Shown one piece after another: positions 1 through 8,887 of a stretch of 24,865 nucleotides of DNA. How positions within the stretch are numbered: the stretch's first letter is position 1; each line of letters opens with the position of its first letter. Source of the DNA: Gammaproteobacteria bacterium (GTDB lineage Bacteria > Pseudomonadota > Gammaproteobacteria > GCA-001735895); NCBI GenBank assembly GCA_050298595.1, contig JBNKUM010000090.1, forward strand, positions 1-24,865. The letters run 5' to 3'. The notes under the pieces are model-generated. The model was not told where the DNA came from. It was given only the letters and a program-made list of their open reading frames with translations, and did no database searches. The position numbers were made by a program, and so were the translations under genes.

Positions 1-255
1 AGAATAACCTTGACTTATTACGTTTTAAAATAACGAGTAAGTTTGGTCACTCAATTCATCATGTATAACTACACGATTATCATGAGCGCCCACACAAATT
101 ACCTAATCAATTTTTAAAGATCTTTACCATCAGGGAACACCCAATGCCTGCTCCTTCTTCTAGCTTCGCGTGAATCAGGGGCGGAAATTTCTTTCCTTAA
201 ACTCTTGAAAAACAAGATGCTAATCAACTTTCCGACTTCGCCTCTCGTCTAACGA
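1..255 (-). promoter_or_regulatory. rRNA operon leader with antitermination boxA and boxC; the 16S gene is expected just beyond the left edge
   Basis: Minus strand reads AGATCTTTAAAAA (123-111, boxA-like) then TTGATTAGGTAATT then TGTGTGGG (96-89, boxC) CGCTC. This matches the order and spacing of the E. coli rrn leader TGCTCTTTAACAA...TGTGTGGGCACTC. The region is non-coding and downstream of tyrS, a common rrn position in Gammaproteobacteria. No mature rRNA sequence lies inside the window. Confidence 0.85.
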
Positions 256-320
256 GGCGCGAATTATAGGGAGATAATTTCACCCGTCAAGCATATTTTT
301 AATTTATTTTTTTTTACCCC
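254..320 (-). promoter_or_regulatory. rrn P1-type sigma70 promoter
   Basis: Minus strand: A-rich UP element (320-291), -35 TTGACG (290-285), 16-bp spacer, -10 TATAAT (268-263), then GC-rich discriminator TCGCGCCTC. These are the established features of stringently controlled rRNA promoters. Confidence 0.88.
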
Positions 321-371
321 AAAATATCACCACAAACCCTAGATATTCTGCCACCTTAACTTATACCCCTT

Positions 372-1571
372 TTATTTCAGGGTTACTCGAGCAAACTTTC
401 TTTTTCCTACCTGAGCTACAACTTCCAGGCCTTTTTTCAACTGCAAACCCTTATCTTCAACCTTTTCTCCATTAAGCTTAACCGCTCCCTGCTGAATCAT
501 GCGAAAACTTTCTGATGTGCTACCGGTGAGATTCGCCTGTTTTAACATAGCAGCAACTCCGATTACGTCCTCGGTCATCGCAATGATCACTTCGGGTAAA
601 TCTTCTGGGATGGCTCCCCTGGCGAAACGATTAATAAAGTCCTGTTGGGCCGCACTTGCTGCAGACGCATCATGGAACCTGGTAATAATCTCTTCTGCCA
701 GCAAGAACTTCACATCTCTGGGGTTTTTACCCTGCTCTACTTCTCGCTGAAATTTTTCGATCTCACTCATGGGCCTGAAACTCAACAGCTCAAAATAACG
801 CCACATCAATTCGTCACTCACTGACATTATCTTTCCGAACATATCATTCGGCTCATCTGTGATACCGATGTAGTTTTTCAGAGACTTGGACATTTTCTGT
901 ACACCATCCAGCCCTTCAAGTATAGGCATGGTGAGACATATCTGAGGCTCCTGGCCATATGACTCCTGCAACTGACGTCCGACTAACAGGTTAAATTTCT
1001 GGTCTGTCCCACCCAGTTCGACATCAGATTTCATAGCTACAGAGTCATAACCCTGCACCAGAGGGTACAGAAATTCATGCACAGAGATGGATTGACCACT
1101 TTTATAGCGCTTATTAAAGTCGTCTCGCTCCAGCATTCTCGCCACAGTATGTTTGGCAGCCAGCTGAATCATATCCGACGCTTTCATTTCTCCCATCCAC
1201 TGCGAGTTAAACAGCACCGTGGTTTTTTGCGCATCCAGGATCTTAAATACCTGATGCTCATAGGTCCTGGCATTTTCCAGCACGTCGTCACGGGTTAATG
1301 GTGGACGGGTTGCACTCTTACCCGTAGGGTCACCAATCATTGCGGTAAAATCACCGATCAGAAACTGAACCTCATGCCCCAAATCCTGGAATTGGCGCAA
1401 TTTGTTGATTAATACCGTATGCCCTAAATGCAAATCTGGCGCAGTTGGATCAAATCCTGCCTTGATTTTTAACGGTTTTCCTTTTTTAAGCTTTTTTATC
1501 AGCTCCGATTCAACTAGAATTTCATCAGCGCCTCTCTGGATTTGCTGCAATGCTTCTTCTATAGAGTTCAT
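372..1571 (-). CDS. tyrS: tyrosine--tRNA ligase
   Basis: [13 protein letters not shown] (HIGH-type) motif, [15 protein letters not shown], and a C-terminal S4-like domain ending [16 protein letters not shown] upstream. Confidence 0.98.
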   Translation of the reverse strand: MNSIEEALQQIQRGADEILVESELIKKLKKGKPLKIKAGFDPTAPDLHLGHTVLINKLRQFQDLGHEVQFLIGDFTAMIGDPTGKSATRPPLTRDDVLENARTYEHQVFKILDAQKTTVLFNSQWMGEMKASDMIQLAAKHTVARMLERDDFNKRYKSGQSISVHEFLYPLVQGYDSVAMKSDVELGGTDQKFNLLVGRQLQESYGQEPQICLTMPILEGLDGVQKMSKSLKNYIGITDEPNDMFGKIMSVSDELMWRYFELLSFRPMSEIEKFQREVEQGKNPRDVKFLLAEEIITRFHDASAASAAQQDFINRFARGAIPEDLPEVIIAMTEDVIGVAAMLKQANLTGSTSESFRMIQQGAVKLNGEKVEDKGLQLKKGLEVVAQVGKRKFARVTLK

Positions 1572-1635
1572 TATTACCTCGAATTAAACTTATTTTGCTG
1601 CTGACGACATTAAACACATACTGGTTTTGGATCGC

Positions 1636-3057
1636 ATGAGTTATCTGGATCTTGATTTCAAATCAACGCAAGCCCATAAAACCACCGGACCCAAACGCCG
1701 GATCGCTCGTCACTTTCTCTCAAATCGATTGATTAGAGGCTTAACCGCATTAGTGGCATTGATTGGAGCAATCTTTCTTACGCTTTCATTTTTATCCGAC
1801 AGCATCGCCAAGGTCGAAGATTCTAACCTCAAGGAGGCGCGATTACACTATTCGGTTTTATTACCAGAAAAAGAATTTTCTCCAGATGCTGCTGAAACTG
1901 AATTCTCGCCCCCTGTTCACGTAGAAAAAAAACCATGGCAGATGATAAAAATTAAAGCTGGCGACACCCTGGCCTCTATCTTTGATAACGCCGGACTCAA
2001 TGCATCAATCACTTATGAAGTGGTTAACCTGAACGAACAAACAAAACAATTAAGAAGAATAAAACCCGGCCAGGATATTTCTTTACTGATTAATGAGAAT
2101 GGCCAGCTTACTGAATTAAAATATATGCCGGATGTAACACACACCCTGCTTATTAAAAGACAACAGGATGACTCTCTTATAGCGGAGATTCAGCACCGCC
2201 CCCTTGAGCCGATCCCTGTTTTCAAGTCAGGAACAATTAGCTCGTCGCTGTTTGAAGCTGCTGCTGAAAATGATATCTCAGAAAACATCATCATGGAGCT
2301 TGCTGCGATTTTTGGCTGGGATATAGACTTTGCCCTGGATATTCGCAAAGGAGATAAGTTTAGCGTCGTTTATAACGAGCTTTACAAGGATGGTGTCAAG
2401 ATGCGCAATGGAATCATACTTGCCGCTGAATTCATCAACCAGGGCAAACGTTATCAAGCCGTTTATTACACCGACCCCAAAGGAGAAAGTGGATACTTTT
2501 CGCCAGATGGGAAAAGCATGCGCAAGGCATTTCTAAGATCCCCGGTAAAATTTTCACATATCAGTTCCCGCTTCACCCGAAAACGCTTCCACCCTGTACT
2601 ATCAAGATGGCGCTCACATAAAGGTGTAGATTATGCCGCTGCTCGTGGTACACCGATCAGGGCATCAGGTGACGGCAAGATTATCTTCCGGGGAGTTAAA
2701 GGCGGTTATGGGAACACCATCATGATCAAACATGGGGCAAAATACTCTACAGTATATGCGCATATGTCACGCTTTGCTAAAGGCCTGAAGGTTGGTACTC
2801 ATATCAAGCAGGGGCAGGTCATAGGCTACGTAGGTAGCACAGGTCTTGCGACGGGACCTCATTTACACTATGAATTTAGAGTGAATGGCGTTCACCGCAA
2901 CCCTCTCACCGTAAAATTACCCGCCGCAGAACCGATCGACAAAACTTATAGACCTCATTTCGAGAAGCAGACCAAAACCTATCTCAGCATGCTCAATATA
3001 ATGAGTAACGAATCTATCGCACAAACCACTGATGAATCCAGCTCCAGACAAAACTAA
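1636..3057 (+). CDS. M23-family peptidoglycan DD-endopeptidase (OapA/MepM-like, N-terminal membrane anchor)
   Basis: HKGVDYAA (HxxxD), YAHMS and GPHLHYE (HxH) motifs, LysM/OapA-like GDTLASIF segment and an N-terminal TM helix. ATG 1636 preferred over TTG 1627. Usual position between tyrS and anmK. Confidence 0.92.
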   Translation: MSYLDLDFKSTQAHKTTGPKRRIARHFLSNRLIRGLTALVALIGAIFLTLSFLSDSIAKVEDSNLKEARLHYSVLLPEKEFSPDAAETEFSPPVHVEKKPWQMIKIKAGDTLASIFDNAGLNASITYEVVNLNEQTKQLRRIKPGQDISLLINENGQLTELKYMPDVTHTLLIKRQQDDSLIAEIQHRPLEPIPVFKSGTISSSLFEAAAENDISENIIMELAAIFGWDIDFALDIRKGDKFSVVYNELYKDGVKMRNGIILAAEFINQGKRYQAVYYTDPKGESGYFSPDGKSMRKAFLRSPVKFSHISSRFTRKRFHPVLSRWRSHKGVDYAAARGTPIRASGDGKIIFRGVKGGYGNTIMIKHGAKYSTVYAHMSRFAKGLKVGTHIKQGQVIGYVGSTGLATGPHLHYEFRVNGVHRNPLTVKLPAAEPIDKTYRPHFEKQTKTYLSMLNIMSNESIAQTTDESSSRQN

Positions 3058-4171
3058 ACCTGTTAGCGATTCAATCTTTATAGGAACTATGTCAGGTACC
3101 AGCATGGATGGCCTCGATCTCGTTGCTATTCGTTTTCCTGATAACGCGCCGCCCTTAACCTGCGCCAACCAATTCACCCCCTATCCAGATTCACTTAAAC
3201 AGAGACTTCAGGAGCTGGCACTAGATACGAACGCATCAGTAAATCAAATGTGTTTACTGGATTGCGAACTCGGACAATATTACGCGCAACAGATAAATGA
3301 GTTTATTGCTAAGCAAGGCTTATCTCGACAGGATATAGCAGCCATTGGTTCACATGGTCAGACAGTTCGCCACTCAATACAGGGCAGCCACCCTTATACC
3401 TTACAGATTGGCGACCCCAATATCATTGCCGCAAAGACCGGACTCACCGTTGTTGCAGATTTCCGTCGTCGTGATGTCGCTCTAAACGGTCAGGGGGCAC
3501 CACTGGCACCAGCATTCCATAACCAGGTTTTTCGTGATGCTCAGGTGAATCGGGCAATTATTAATATTGGAGGTATTGCCAATATCACTTTGCTACCAGC
3601 CGCTCCGAATGAAGAAGTGCTCGGATTTGACAGCGGCCCCGGCAACACTTTGATGGACCACCTTTGCCGACTGAAATTTGGCCTGCCATATGATGAAGAC
3701 GGGAAAATAGCCAGTCAAGGCACTACCCATCCAGAACAATTGGGGATACTCATCGAAAACGAGCCGTTTTTTAAACAGCCTTTTCCTAAGTCGACAGGTA
3801 CTGACTACTTTTCTCCACAGTGGCTAATCTCCAGCGGCCTGCTTGAGCTTACTCCCGAAGACAGTATGGCCTGCCTGAGTCAATTAACCGCCACCAGTAT
3901 TACGCAAGCCATAAGGTCATCAGGTATCACGATTGACGAGTTCTACCTCTGCGGAGGTGGCGCAAAGAACGCTCATCTGACCCAAATCCTTGCTCAACTG
4001 CTAGACACAGACAGTTTATACACCACAGAACGGCTAGGCATTCACCCGGATTGGGTGGAAGCAAGTGCCTTTGCGTGGCTCGCCTGTCAAACACTCAGCC
4101 ACAAAGCAGGCAATCTACCCTCGGTGACGAATGCAGAAAAGTTCACTATTTTGGGTGCTGTCTATTTTTAG
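3032..4171 (+). CDS. anmK: anhydro-N-acetylmuramic acid kinase
   Basis: Motifs GTMSGTSMDG, GSHGQT, DFRRRD...GQGAPL, NIGGIAN, FDSGPGN and CGGG. Confidence 0.96.
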   Translation: MNPAPDKTKPVSDSIFIGTMSGTSMDGLDLVAIRFPDNAPPLTCANQFTPYPDSLKQRLQELALDTNASVNQMCLLDCELGQYYAQQINEFIAKQGLSRQDIAAIGSHGQTVRHSIQGSHPYTLQIGDPNIIAAKTGLTVVADFRRRDVALNGQGAPLAPAFHNQVFRDAQVNRAIINIGGIANITLLPAAPNEEVLGFDSGPGNTLMDHLCRLKFGLPYDEDGKIASQGTTHPEQLGILIENEPFFKQPFPKSTGTDYFSPQWLISSGLLELTPEDSMACLSQLTATSITQAIRSSGITIDEFYLCGGGAKNAHLTQILAQLLDTDSLYTTERLGIHPDWVEASAFAWLACQTLSHKAGNLPSVTNAEKFTILGAVYF

Positions 4172-4172
4172 T

Positions 4173-4201
4173 CTGGCATACCCCAAGACTTATGGTAGAA
4201 T
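4173..4201 (+). promoter_or_regulatory. putative extended -10 sigma70 promoter for the beta-barrel gene
   Basis: CTGGCA (4173-4178), 17 bp, then TAGAAT (4196-4201) preceded by TG at 4193-4194. Confidence 0.4.
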
Positions 4202-4231
4202 CATCAGTTCTTTATTTTTTCCGAGTTTAAA

Positions 4232-4987
4232 ATGAGATCTTTCAAGGCTGGCATCTATTCGTCATTACTGGTTTTAGCCACGCTAAACCCTGTACGGGCA
4301 GATTTTGTCGGCCTTAATATCGGGGCCAATCACTGGACACCAGATGTTACTGGATCTTTCAAATCCAAAACATCAAACACTGACTCGACAATAAACTTAA
4401 AGAACGACCTCGGATACAAGGATGATTCATCGACATCATTATCATTAAGTTTTGAGCACCCAGTACCTTTTATACCAAACATTAAGTATTCAGGTTATGA
4501 CCTGAACTCTTCAAGTGTAAAAAATACTACAGGCACCCTTAGATTTAATGGAGAAGACTATAGCGGCAACATTAACTCGACTCTGGATTTATCGCATAAT
4601 GACATAGTGCTTTACTATGAATTACTTGATAACTGGGTAAATGTGGATCTTGGGCTGGATTTCAAAAAATTTGATGGCAAGGTATCCGTTAGCGACACTA
4701 CTCGAAGCGGAACAATTGATGTCGATGAAACTATCCCAATGCTCTATTTAGCTGCTCGTTTCGACCTACCTCTGACAGGCATGTATATCGGTGCAAATAT
4801 TCAACAGTTAAGCGTTGGTGACAGCTCATCTGAAGATACTACTTTAATGGTTGGATATGAAAGCAAATCAGGGCTTGGTGTAGAAGGCGGTATAAAAACC
4901 TTCTCTCTGGATTTAAAAGATGCCAACAACCTGGATACCAATCTGGAGTACGATGGCATTTACCTGAATGGGTACTTCCACTTCTAG
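4232..4987 (+). CDS. outer membrane beta-barrel protein, TIGR04219-like
   Basis: Signal peptide ending ...VRA|D, the family motifs FEHPVPFIPN and LYYELLDN, amphipathic strands and a C-terminal Phe (GYFHF). Confidence 0.82.
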   Translation: MRSFKAGIYSSLLVLATLNPVRADFVGLNIGANHWTPDVTGSFKSKTSNTDSTINLKNDLGYKDDSSTSLSLSFEHPVPFIPNIKYSGYDLNSSSVKNTTGTLRFNGEDYSGNINSTLDLSHNDIVLYYELLDNWVNVDLGLDFKKFDGKVSVSDTTRSGTIDVDETIPMLYLAARFDLPLTGMYIGANIQQLSVGDSSSEDTTLMVGYESKSGLGVEGGIKTFSLDLKDANNLDTNLEYDGIYLNGYFHF

Positions 4988-5011
4988 CAGGCCTAACCAG
5001 GTTGCAGGCAC

Positions 5012-5041
5012 AAAAAAAGCCAGCTATCGCTGGCTTTTTTG
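5012..5041. terminator. bidirectional rho-independent terminator
   Basis: AAAAAAAGCCAGC-TATC-GCTGGCTTTTTT between convergent genes, with a U-tract on each strand. Confidence 0.92.
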
Positions 5042-5070
5042 AGTCTGTGATTCATTTCGACCCTGTAAGT

Positions 5071-5454
5071 TTATACCGAAAATGAAGATCCACAGCCGCA
5101 AGTTGTGGTGGCATTAGGGTTATTAACGACAAACATGGAACCTTCCAGGCTCTCCTTGTAATCAACTTCTGCGCCAACAAGATACTCATAACTCATAGGA
5201 TCAACAACTAAGGTAACGCCATTTTTTTCGATCTTATGATCACCCTCGTTCACTTTTTCATCAAATGTGAAACCGTACTGAAAACCTGAACAACCACCAC
5301 CTTGCACAAAAACCCTGAGTTTTAATTCTGGATTACCTTCCCCTTCAATCAAAACTTTAGCTTTATTGGCAGCTGCATCGCTGAAATCAAGCACAGTCGG
5401 CGCATTTGCGTTTAACGGTTTACCAAAATTTGCATTGATATTTATACTTACCAT
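5071..5454 (-). CDS. erpA: iron-sulfur cluster insertion protein ErpA (A-type carrier)
   Basis: [20 protein letters not shown] and C-terminal CGCGSSFSV motifs, in the conserved argC-erpA-anmK neighbourhood. Confidence 0.95.
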   Translation of the reverse strand: MVSININANFGKPLNANAPTVLDFSDAAANKAKVLIEGEGNPELKLRVFVQGGGCSGFQYGFTFDEKVNEGDHKIEKNGVTLVVDPMSYEYLVGAEVDYKESLEGSMFVVNNPNATTTCGCGSSFSV

Positions 5455-5481
5455 ATCTCTTACCCTAGATTTAATGCAGCA

Positions 5482-5514
5482 AAGATAACTTTCCTGACTA
5501 AATTAGTCAACTAT
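5482..5514 (-). promoter_or_regulatory. erpA promoter overlapped by a type-1 IscR binding site
   Basis: Minus strand ATAGTTGACTAATTTAGTCAGGAAA (5514-5490) fits the type-1 IscR consensus ATASYYGACTRWWWYAGTCRRSTAT at 23 of 25 positions. It contains -35 TTGACT (5510-5505), followed after 17 bp by -10 TATCTT (5487-5482). Confidence 0.85.
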
Positions 5515-5948
5515 TAGTCAGTTGCCAGCTTCGCTGCGTCAGCGGATGCGCCTGACTTGTCTTCCAGTCTCTTGGGCGCAAGATTTTCAGAGGTCTCATG
5601 CACCAGACCACCATTTACTTCTGCCCCGATAGCCATTTCAATTAAATTATAATAAACGCTGCCATTAATTCTCGACTTTGGCGCTAACTCGACTCTAACA
5701 GAGCCAAAAACATCTCCGATTATTTCACCATTCAGGATCATATTAGGTACCTTAACATCGCCTTCGATATGACCAAATTCGCTCAGAATCAATAACGCAT
5801 CGCTGCCTTCTTCCGCAATCACATCACCGATTATGTTGCCATCAACATGCAGACCACCCGAGAACACAAGATCACCTTTAATCTTTGTACTCTGCCCGAT
5901 TAGAGTATCAATTCGGGTCGATGCAAGGTTTTTCTTTTTCTTGAACAT
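5514..5948 (-). CDS. bactofilin (polymer-forming cytoskeletal protein, CcmA family)
   Basis: TLIGQSTKIKGDLVFSGGLHVDGNIIGDV and repeated I/V-x-G-D/E beta-helix motifs. Confidence 0.93.
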   Translation of the reverse strand: MFKKKKNLASTRIDTLIGQSTKIKGDLVFSGGLHVDGNIIGDVIAEEGSDALLILSEFGHIEGDVKVPNMILNGEIIGDVFGSVRVELAPKSRINGSVYYNLIEMAIGAEVNGGLVHETSENLAPKRLEDKSGASADAAKLATD

Positions 5949-5949
5949 A

Positions 5950-6678
5950 CTAATTGTCGCCTCCAGCCAGCGCCTGAACCCAGGAGATGGTTTCTGTGAA
6001 ATTTTTGATTTTACGGGTTGTCGGATTGATCTCCAGCTCTATATCACTAGGCTCGAAACTATCCGGTAACAATAATTCACCTTCAAAAACCTGAAAGTAT
6101 CTAAATGAAAATTTTTCATCTTTTTGATCAAATTCCTGCTTTATATTTTTCAGCGTCAGCGCTTTCGGTTTTCCCTGCTGACTTCCTTTTACCTGCAGAT
6201 TCATGCTTCCCTTTACAACCTGATTACTTTTACCGCGTTTAGTCAACACCAGTTTGTAGGCATACAGGCCATTATTGTTTTTACGCATCAACTCAAACGA
6301 TTGTATATTGACACCAAGGGCAAGCTCATCAGGACTTACGATACCCTGATAAAACACCAACTCCTCTTTTATTTCGAGCAGATCTCTCTGTAGCTTAACC
6401 AGAGATTGATTCGACTTTTCGTAGGCATCATGCTCAATCTTACTAATCCCATCCAGGTGAGCGTTTTTATTAACCAACAACTCATTCCTTTGTTCCAGCT
6501 CAGAGATACGTGCCACCATAGCTTCTTCAACCAGTTTTAACTGACTGAACTCATAGCTATGGTAAGCGCGACCCAGCAGGAACATGATGACCAATAATAG
6601 CAGGATCAACCCAATACTTAACCACAGCCGCCAGGGGTTATTTTCCCTGACCTGGAACCCTTGATGCGCTTTACTCAT
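5950..6678 (-). CDS. DUF6776-like membrane-anchored coiled-coil protein
   Basis: N-terminal TM helix, a coiled coil ending [12 protein letters not shown], and an [11 protein letters not shown] motif. Lies between argC and bactofilin. Confidence 0.75.
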   Translation of the reverse strand: MSKAHQGFQVRENNPWRLWLSIGLILLLLVIMFLLGRAYHSYEFSQLKLVEEAMVARISELEQRNELLVNKNAHLDGISKIEHDAYEKSNQSLVKLQRDLLEIKEELVFYQGIVSPDELALGVNIQSFELMRKNNNGLYAYKLVLTKRGKSNQVVKGSMNLQVKGSQQGKPKALTLKNIKQEFDQKDEKFSFRYFQVFEGELLLPDSFEPSDIELEINPTTRKIKNFTETISWVQALAGGDN

Positions 6679-7703
6679 GGCATCAGGCCAAGCGCTTGCA
6701 GTCCACTGGCTTCATTCAGCCCCAGCATCAGGTTCATATTCTGTACTGCCTGACCGGCTGCACCCTTAACGAGATTATCAATCACGGATAAAACAACCAC
6801 TCTGTTTGAATCTTTCAACGGCTGTACTGCGATACGGCATTCATTGGCACCTTTGACCGAACGAGTTTCAGGATGCGAACCAGCAGGCATGACATCAACA
6901 AAAGGTTCATCTTTATAATACTCTTCAAACTGAGACTGCAGCTTATCCGCATCTCCTGTAAGCTCAGCATATAGAGTGGCATGTATACCGCGTATCATGG
7001 GCATTAAATGTGGAACAAATACCAGGTCTGCTTCAGCATCCAGTATCCGTAAGTTCTGCTTGATTTCCGGGTAATGGCGGTGCCCTGCAGATGCATAAGC
7101 CTTGACTGATTCAGCAGCTTCAGAAAAGAGTGTCGCCACACTGGCTCCGCGTCCAGCCCCACTGACCCCTGATTTCCCATCGGCAATAATCGTTTTCGGA
7201 TTTATCTGATGATTATGTAACAGAGGTAGCAACCCTAAAGTTACCGCAGTTACATAACAGCCTGGATTCGCCACCAATTGCGCAGTTTTGATCTGTTCAC
7301 GGTTCATTTCTGGAAGACCGTAAACAGCTTGTTCGACTATGTCTGGACAAACATGTTTGCTGCCATACCACTTCTCCCATACCGCAATATCTTTAATTCG
7401 AAAATCCGCCGCCAGGTCGATTATCTTAACCCCAGCTTCTAATAATGCCTCGACCTGATGCATGGCTGTAGCATTAGGTGTTGCAAAAAACACCAGATCA
7501 CATTCTCTATAGCTATCCAGCGAGGGCTCGGTAAATTGAATATTTACCTTTCCACGTAGACTGGAAAACATATCTGACACCGCAGTACCCGCATTTGAGC
7601 GCGAGGTGATTACCTGCAGATTCACCTCAGGGTGAATAGCTAGCAAGCGCATCAATTCGACGCCGGTGTATCCGGTACCACCTACAATTCCTACATTGAT
7701 CAT
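6675..7703 (-). CDS. argC: N-acetyl-gamma-glutamyl-phosphate reductase
   Basis: [28 protein letters not shown] and [17 protein letters not shown] motifs. Confidence 0.98.
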   Translation of the reverse strand: MINVGIVGGTGYTGVELMRLLAIHPEVNLQVITSRSNAGTAVSDMFSSLRGKVNIQFTEPSLDSYRECDLVFFATPNATAMHQVEALLEAGVKIIDLAADFRIKDIAVWEKWYGSKHVCPDIVEQAVYGLPEMNREQIKTAQLVANPGCYVTAVTLGLLPLLHNHQINPKTIIADGKSGVSGAGRGASVATLFSEAAESVKAYASAGHRHYPEIKQNLRILDAEADLVFVPHLMPMIRGIHATLYAELTGDADKLQSQFEEYYKDEPFVDVMPAGSHPETRSVKGANECRIAVQPLKDSNRVVVLSVIDNLVKGAAGQAVQNMNLMLGLNEASGLQALGLMP

Positions 7704-7826
7704 TTCAAAATCCGCACTCGTTTAGACAAAATTTGCATAGTTTACTGCTTATTCCTATCATCATCGTTCAATAAACCAGAGCTTGCTGATTTATTTTTTC
7801 TTTCGACCAGGCCACAGCTAGTAAAA

Positions 7827-8381
7827 ATGAGCGCGGAATTATACCTTGATCCATCGACTACATCATTAAATCGAACGAGAATGTTTATAAAATTCCTCTC
7901 TTTTCTGGCAATAATCTCCGCTGTAGCTCTATTGACTTTTCAGCTTCGTTCTCCTAATTATCCTGATATTGATGATAATTTGATATTTCAGCGCATCGAT
8001 GGTACCCGACAAACCTTTAAGGAATTTAAAGGCAAGTCATTGCTGGTTACCTTCTGGTCTCCCACCTGCTCAATATGCATGGAGGAAGTCGAAGCCTGGA
8101 ATAATCTATACCTCCGAAACCAGGCTGATCACCCGTTCGAGCTACTTGCGCTTTCCATGTATTACGACCGCCCTGACTGGGTAATTCAAACCAGTCAGCA
8201 AAAAGACATGAGATACCCGATTTATCTGGATTTACAAAATCAACTTGCGCAGGCTTTTGGAAATATCGTTGCAACACCGACTACTTTTTTATTAAATTCA
8301 AGTGGGGAAATTATTTACCGTCATACAGGTAAACTAGATTTCGATGTCATCAATAAAAAACTTACACAACTCACAGGATAA
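7827..8381 (+). CDS. TlpA-family thioredoxin-like disulfide reductase (membrane anchored)
   Basis: FWSPTCSIC (CxxC) and TPTTFLLN cis-Pro loop, with an N-terminal hydrophobic helix. The true start may be ATG 7881 (MFIKFLS...). Confidence 0.85.
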   Translation: MSAELYLDPSTTSLNRTRMFIKFLSFLAIISAVALLTFQLRSPNYPDIDDNLIFQRIDGTRQTFKEFKGKSLLVTFWSPTCSICMEEVEAWNNLYLRNQADHPFELLALSMYYDRPDWVIQTSQQKDMRYPIYLDLQNQLAQAFGNIVATPTTFLLNSSGEIIYRHTGKLDFDVINKKLTQLTG

Positions 8382-8384
8382 GCC

Positions 8385-8807
8385 ATGCTCTGGTTAAAAG
8401 CTTTTCATCTTATTTTTATGGTCGCCTGGTTTGCAGGTTTATTCTACCTGCCCCGCATCTTTGTTAACCATGCCATGACCGATAACAGGGAAACCAGCGA
8501 GCATTTCAAGATAATGGAGCGCAAACTGTACCGCTTTGTCGGCCCCTGGATGGTATTAACTTTAGTCTTTGGAATCTGGATGCTCTATGACTACGCCTGG
8601 GCAGCATATGGAAAAATGATGTGGCTGCATATCAAGCTTAGCTTGATAGGCATCCTGGTTATCTATCATTTTTACTGCGGCAAACTGGTGAAAGATTTTG
8701 CTAATGATGCCAATCGTCACAGCCACGTCTGGTATCGCTGGTTTAATGAAATACCGGTATTGATATTATTTGCAGTTATATTGCTGGCTTCTTTAAAACC
8801 ATTTTAG
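8385..8807 (+). CDS. hemJ: protoporphyrinogen IX oxidase HemJ
   Basis: WLKAFHLIFMVAWFAGLFYLPRIFVNH, MERKL and RWFNEIP motifs. Confidence 0.93.
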   Translation: MLWLKAFHLIFMVAWFAGLFYLPRIFVNHAMTDNRETSEHFKIMERKLYRFVGPWMVLTLVFGIWMLYDYAWAAYGKMMWLHIKLSLIGILVIYHFYCGKLVKDFANDANRHSHVWYRWFNEIPVLILFAVILLASLKPF

Positions 8808-8811
8808 TATC

Positions 8812-8881
8812 TACCTGAACCCGAAGGCTTCATGTCGGTCCCTTACGCCATGAACTCGCCCTGAAACCACGAGTTCAGGTA
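8812..8881. repeat. nested imperfect palindrome in the convergent hemJ/ptsP spacer (possible MITE-like element or terminator)
   Basis: Outer arms TACCTGAACCCG (8812-8823) and CGAGTTCAGGTA (8870-8881) are 11/12 complementary. Inner arms TTCATG (8829-8834) and CATGAA (8849-8854). An alternative stem pairs TGAACTCG (8851-8858) with CGAGTTCA (8870-8877). Confidence 0.55.
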
Positions 8882-8887
8882 TTAGCT

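Noticed and set aside
170-220. Possible rrn P2 promoter before the GC-rich CCGCCCCT on the minus strand
   Set aside because: The best -10 is GAAATT with TTGTTT 18 bp upstream, which is too weak to call.
4173-4190. CTGGCA as a sigma54 -24 element
   Set aside because: No TTGC/GC at the -12 position.
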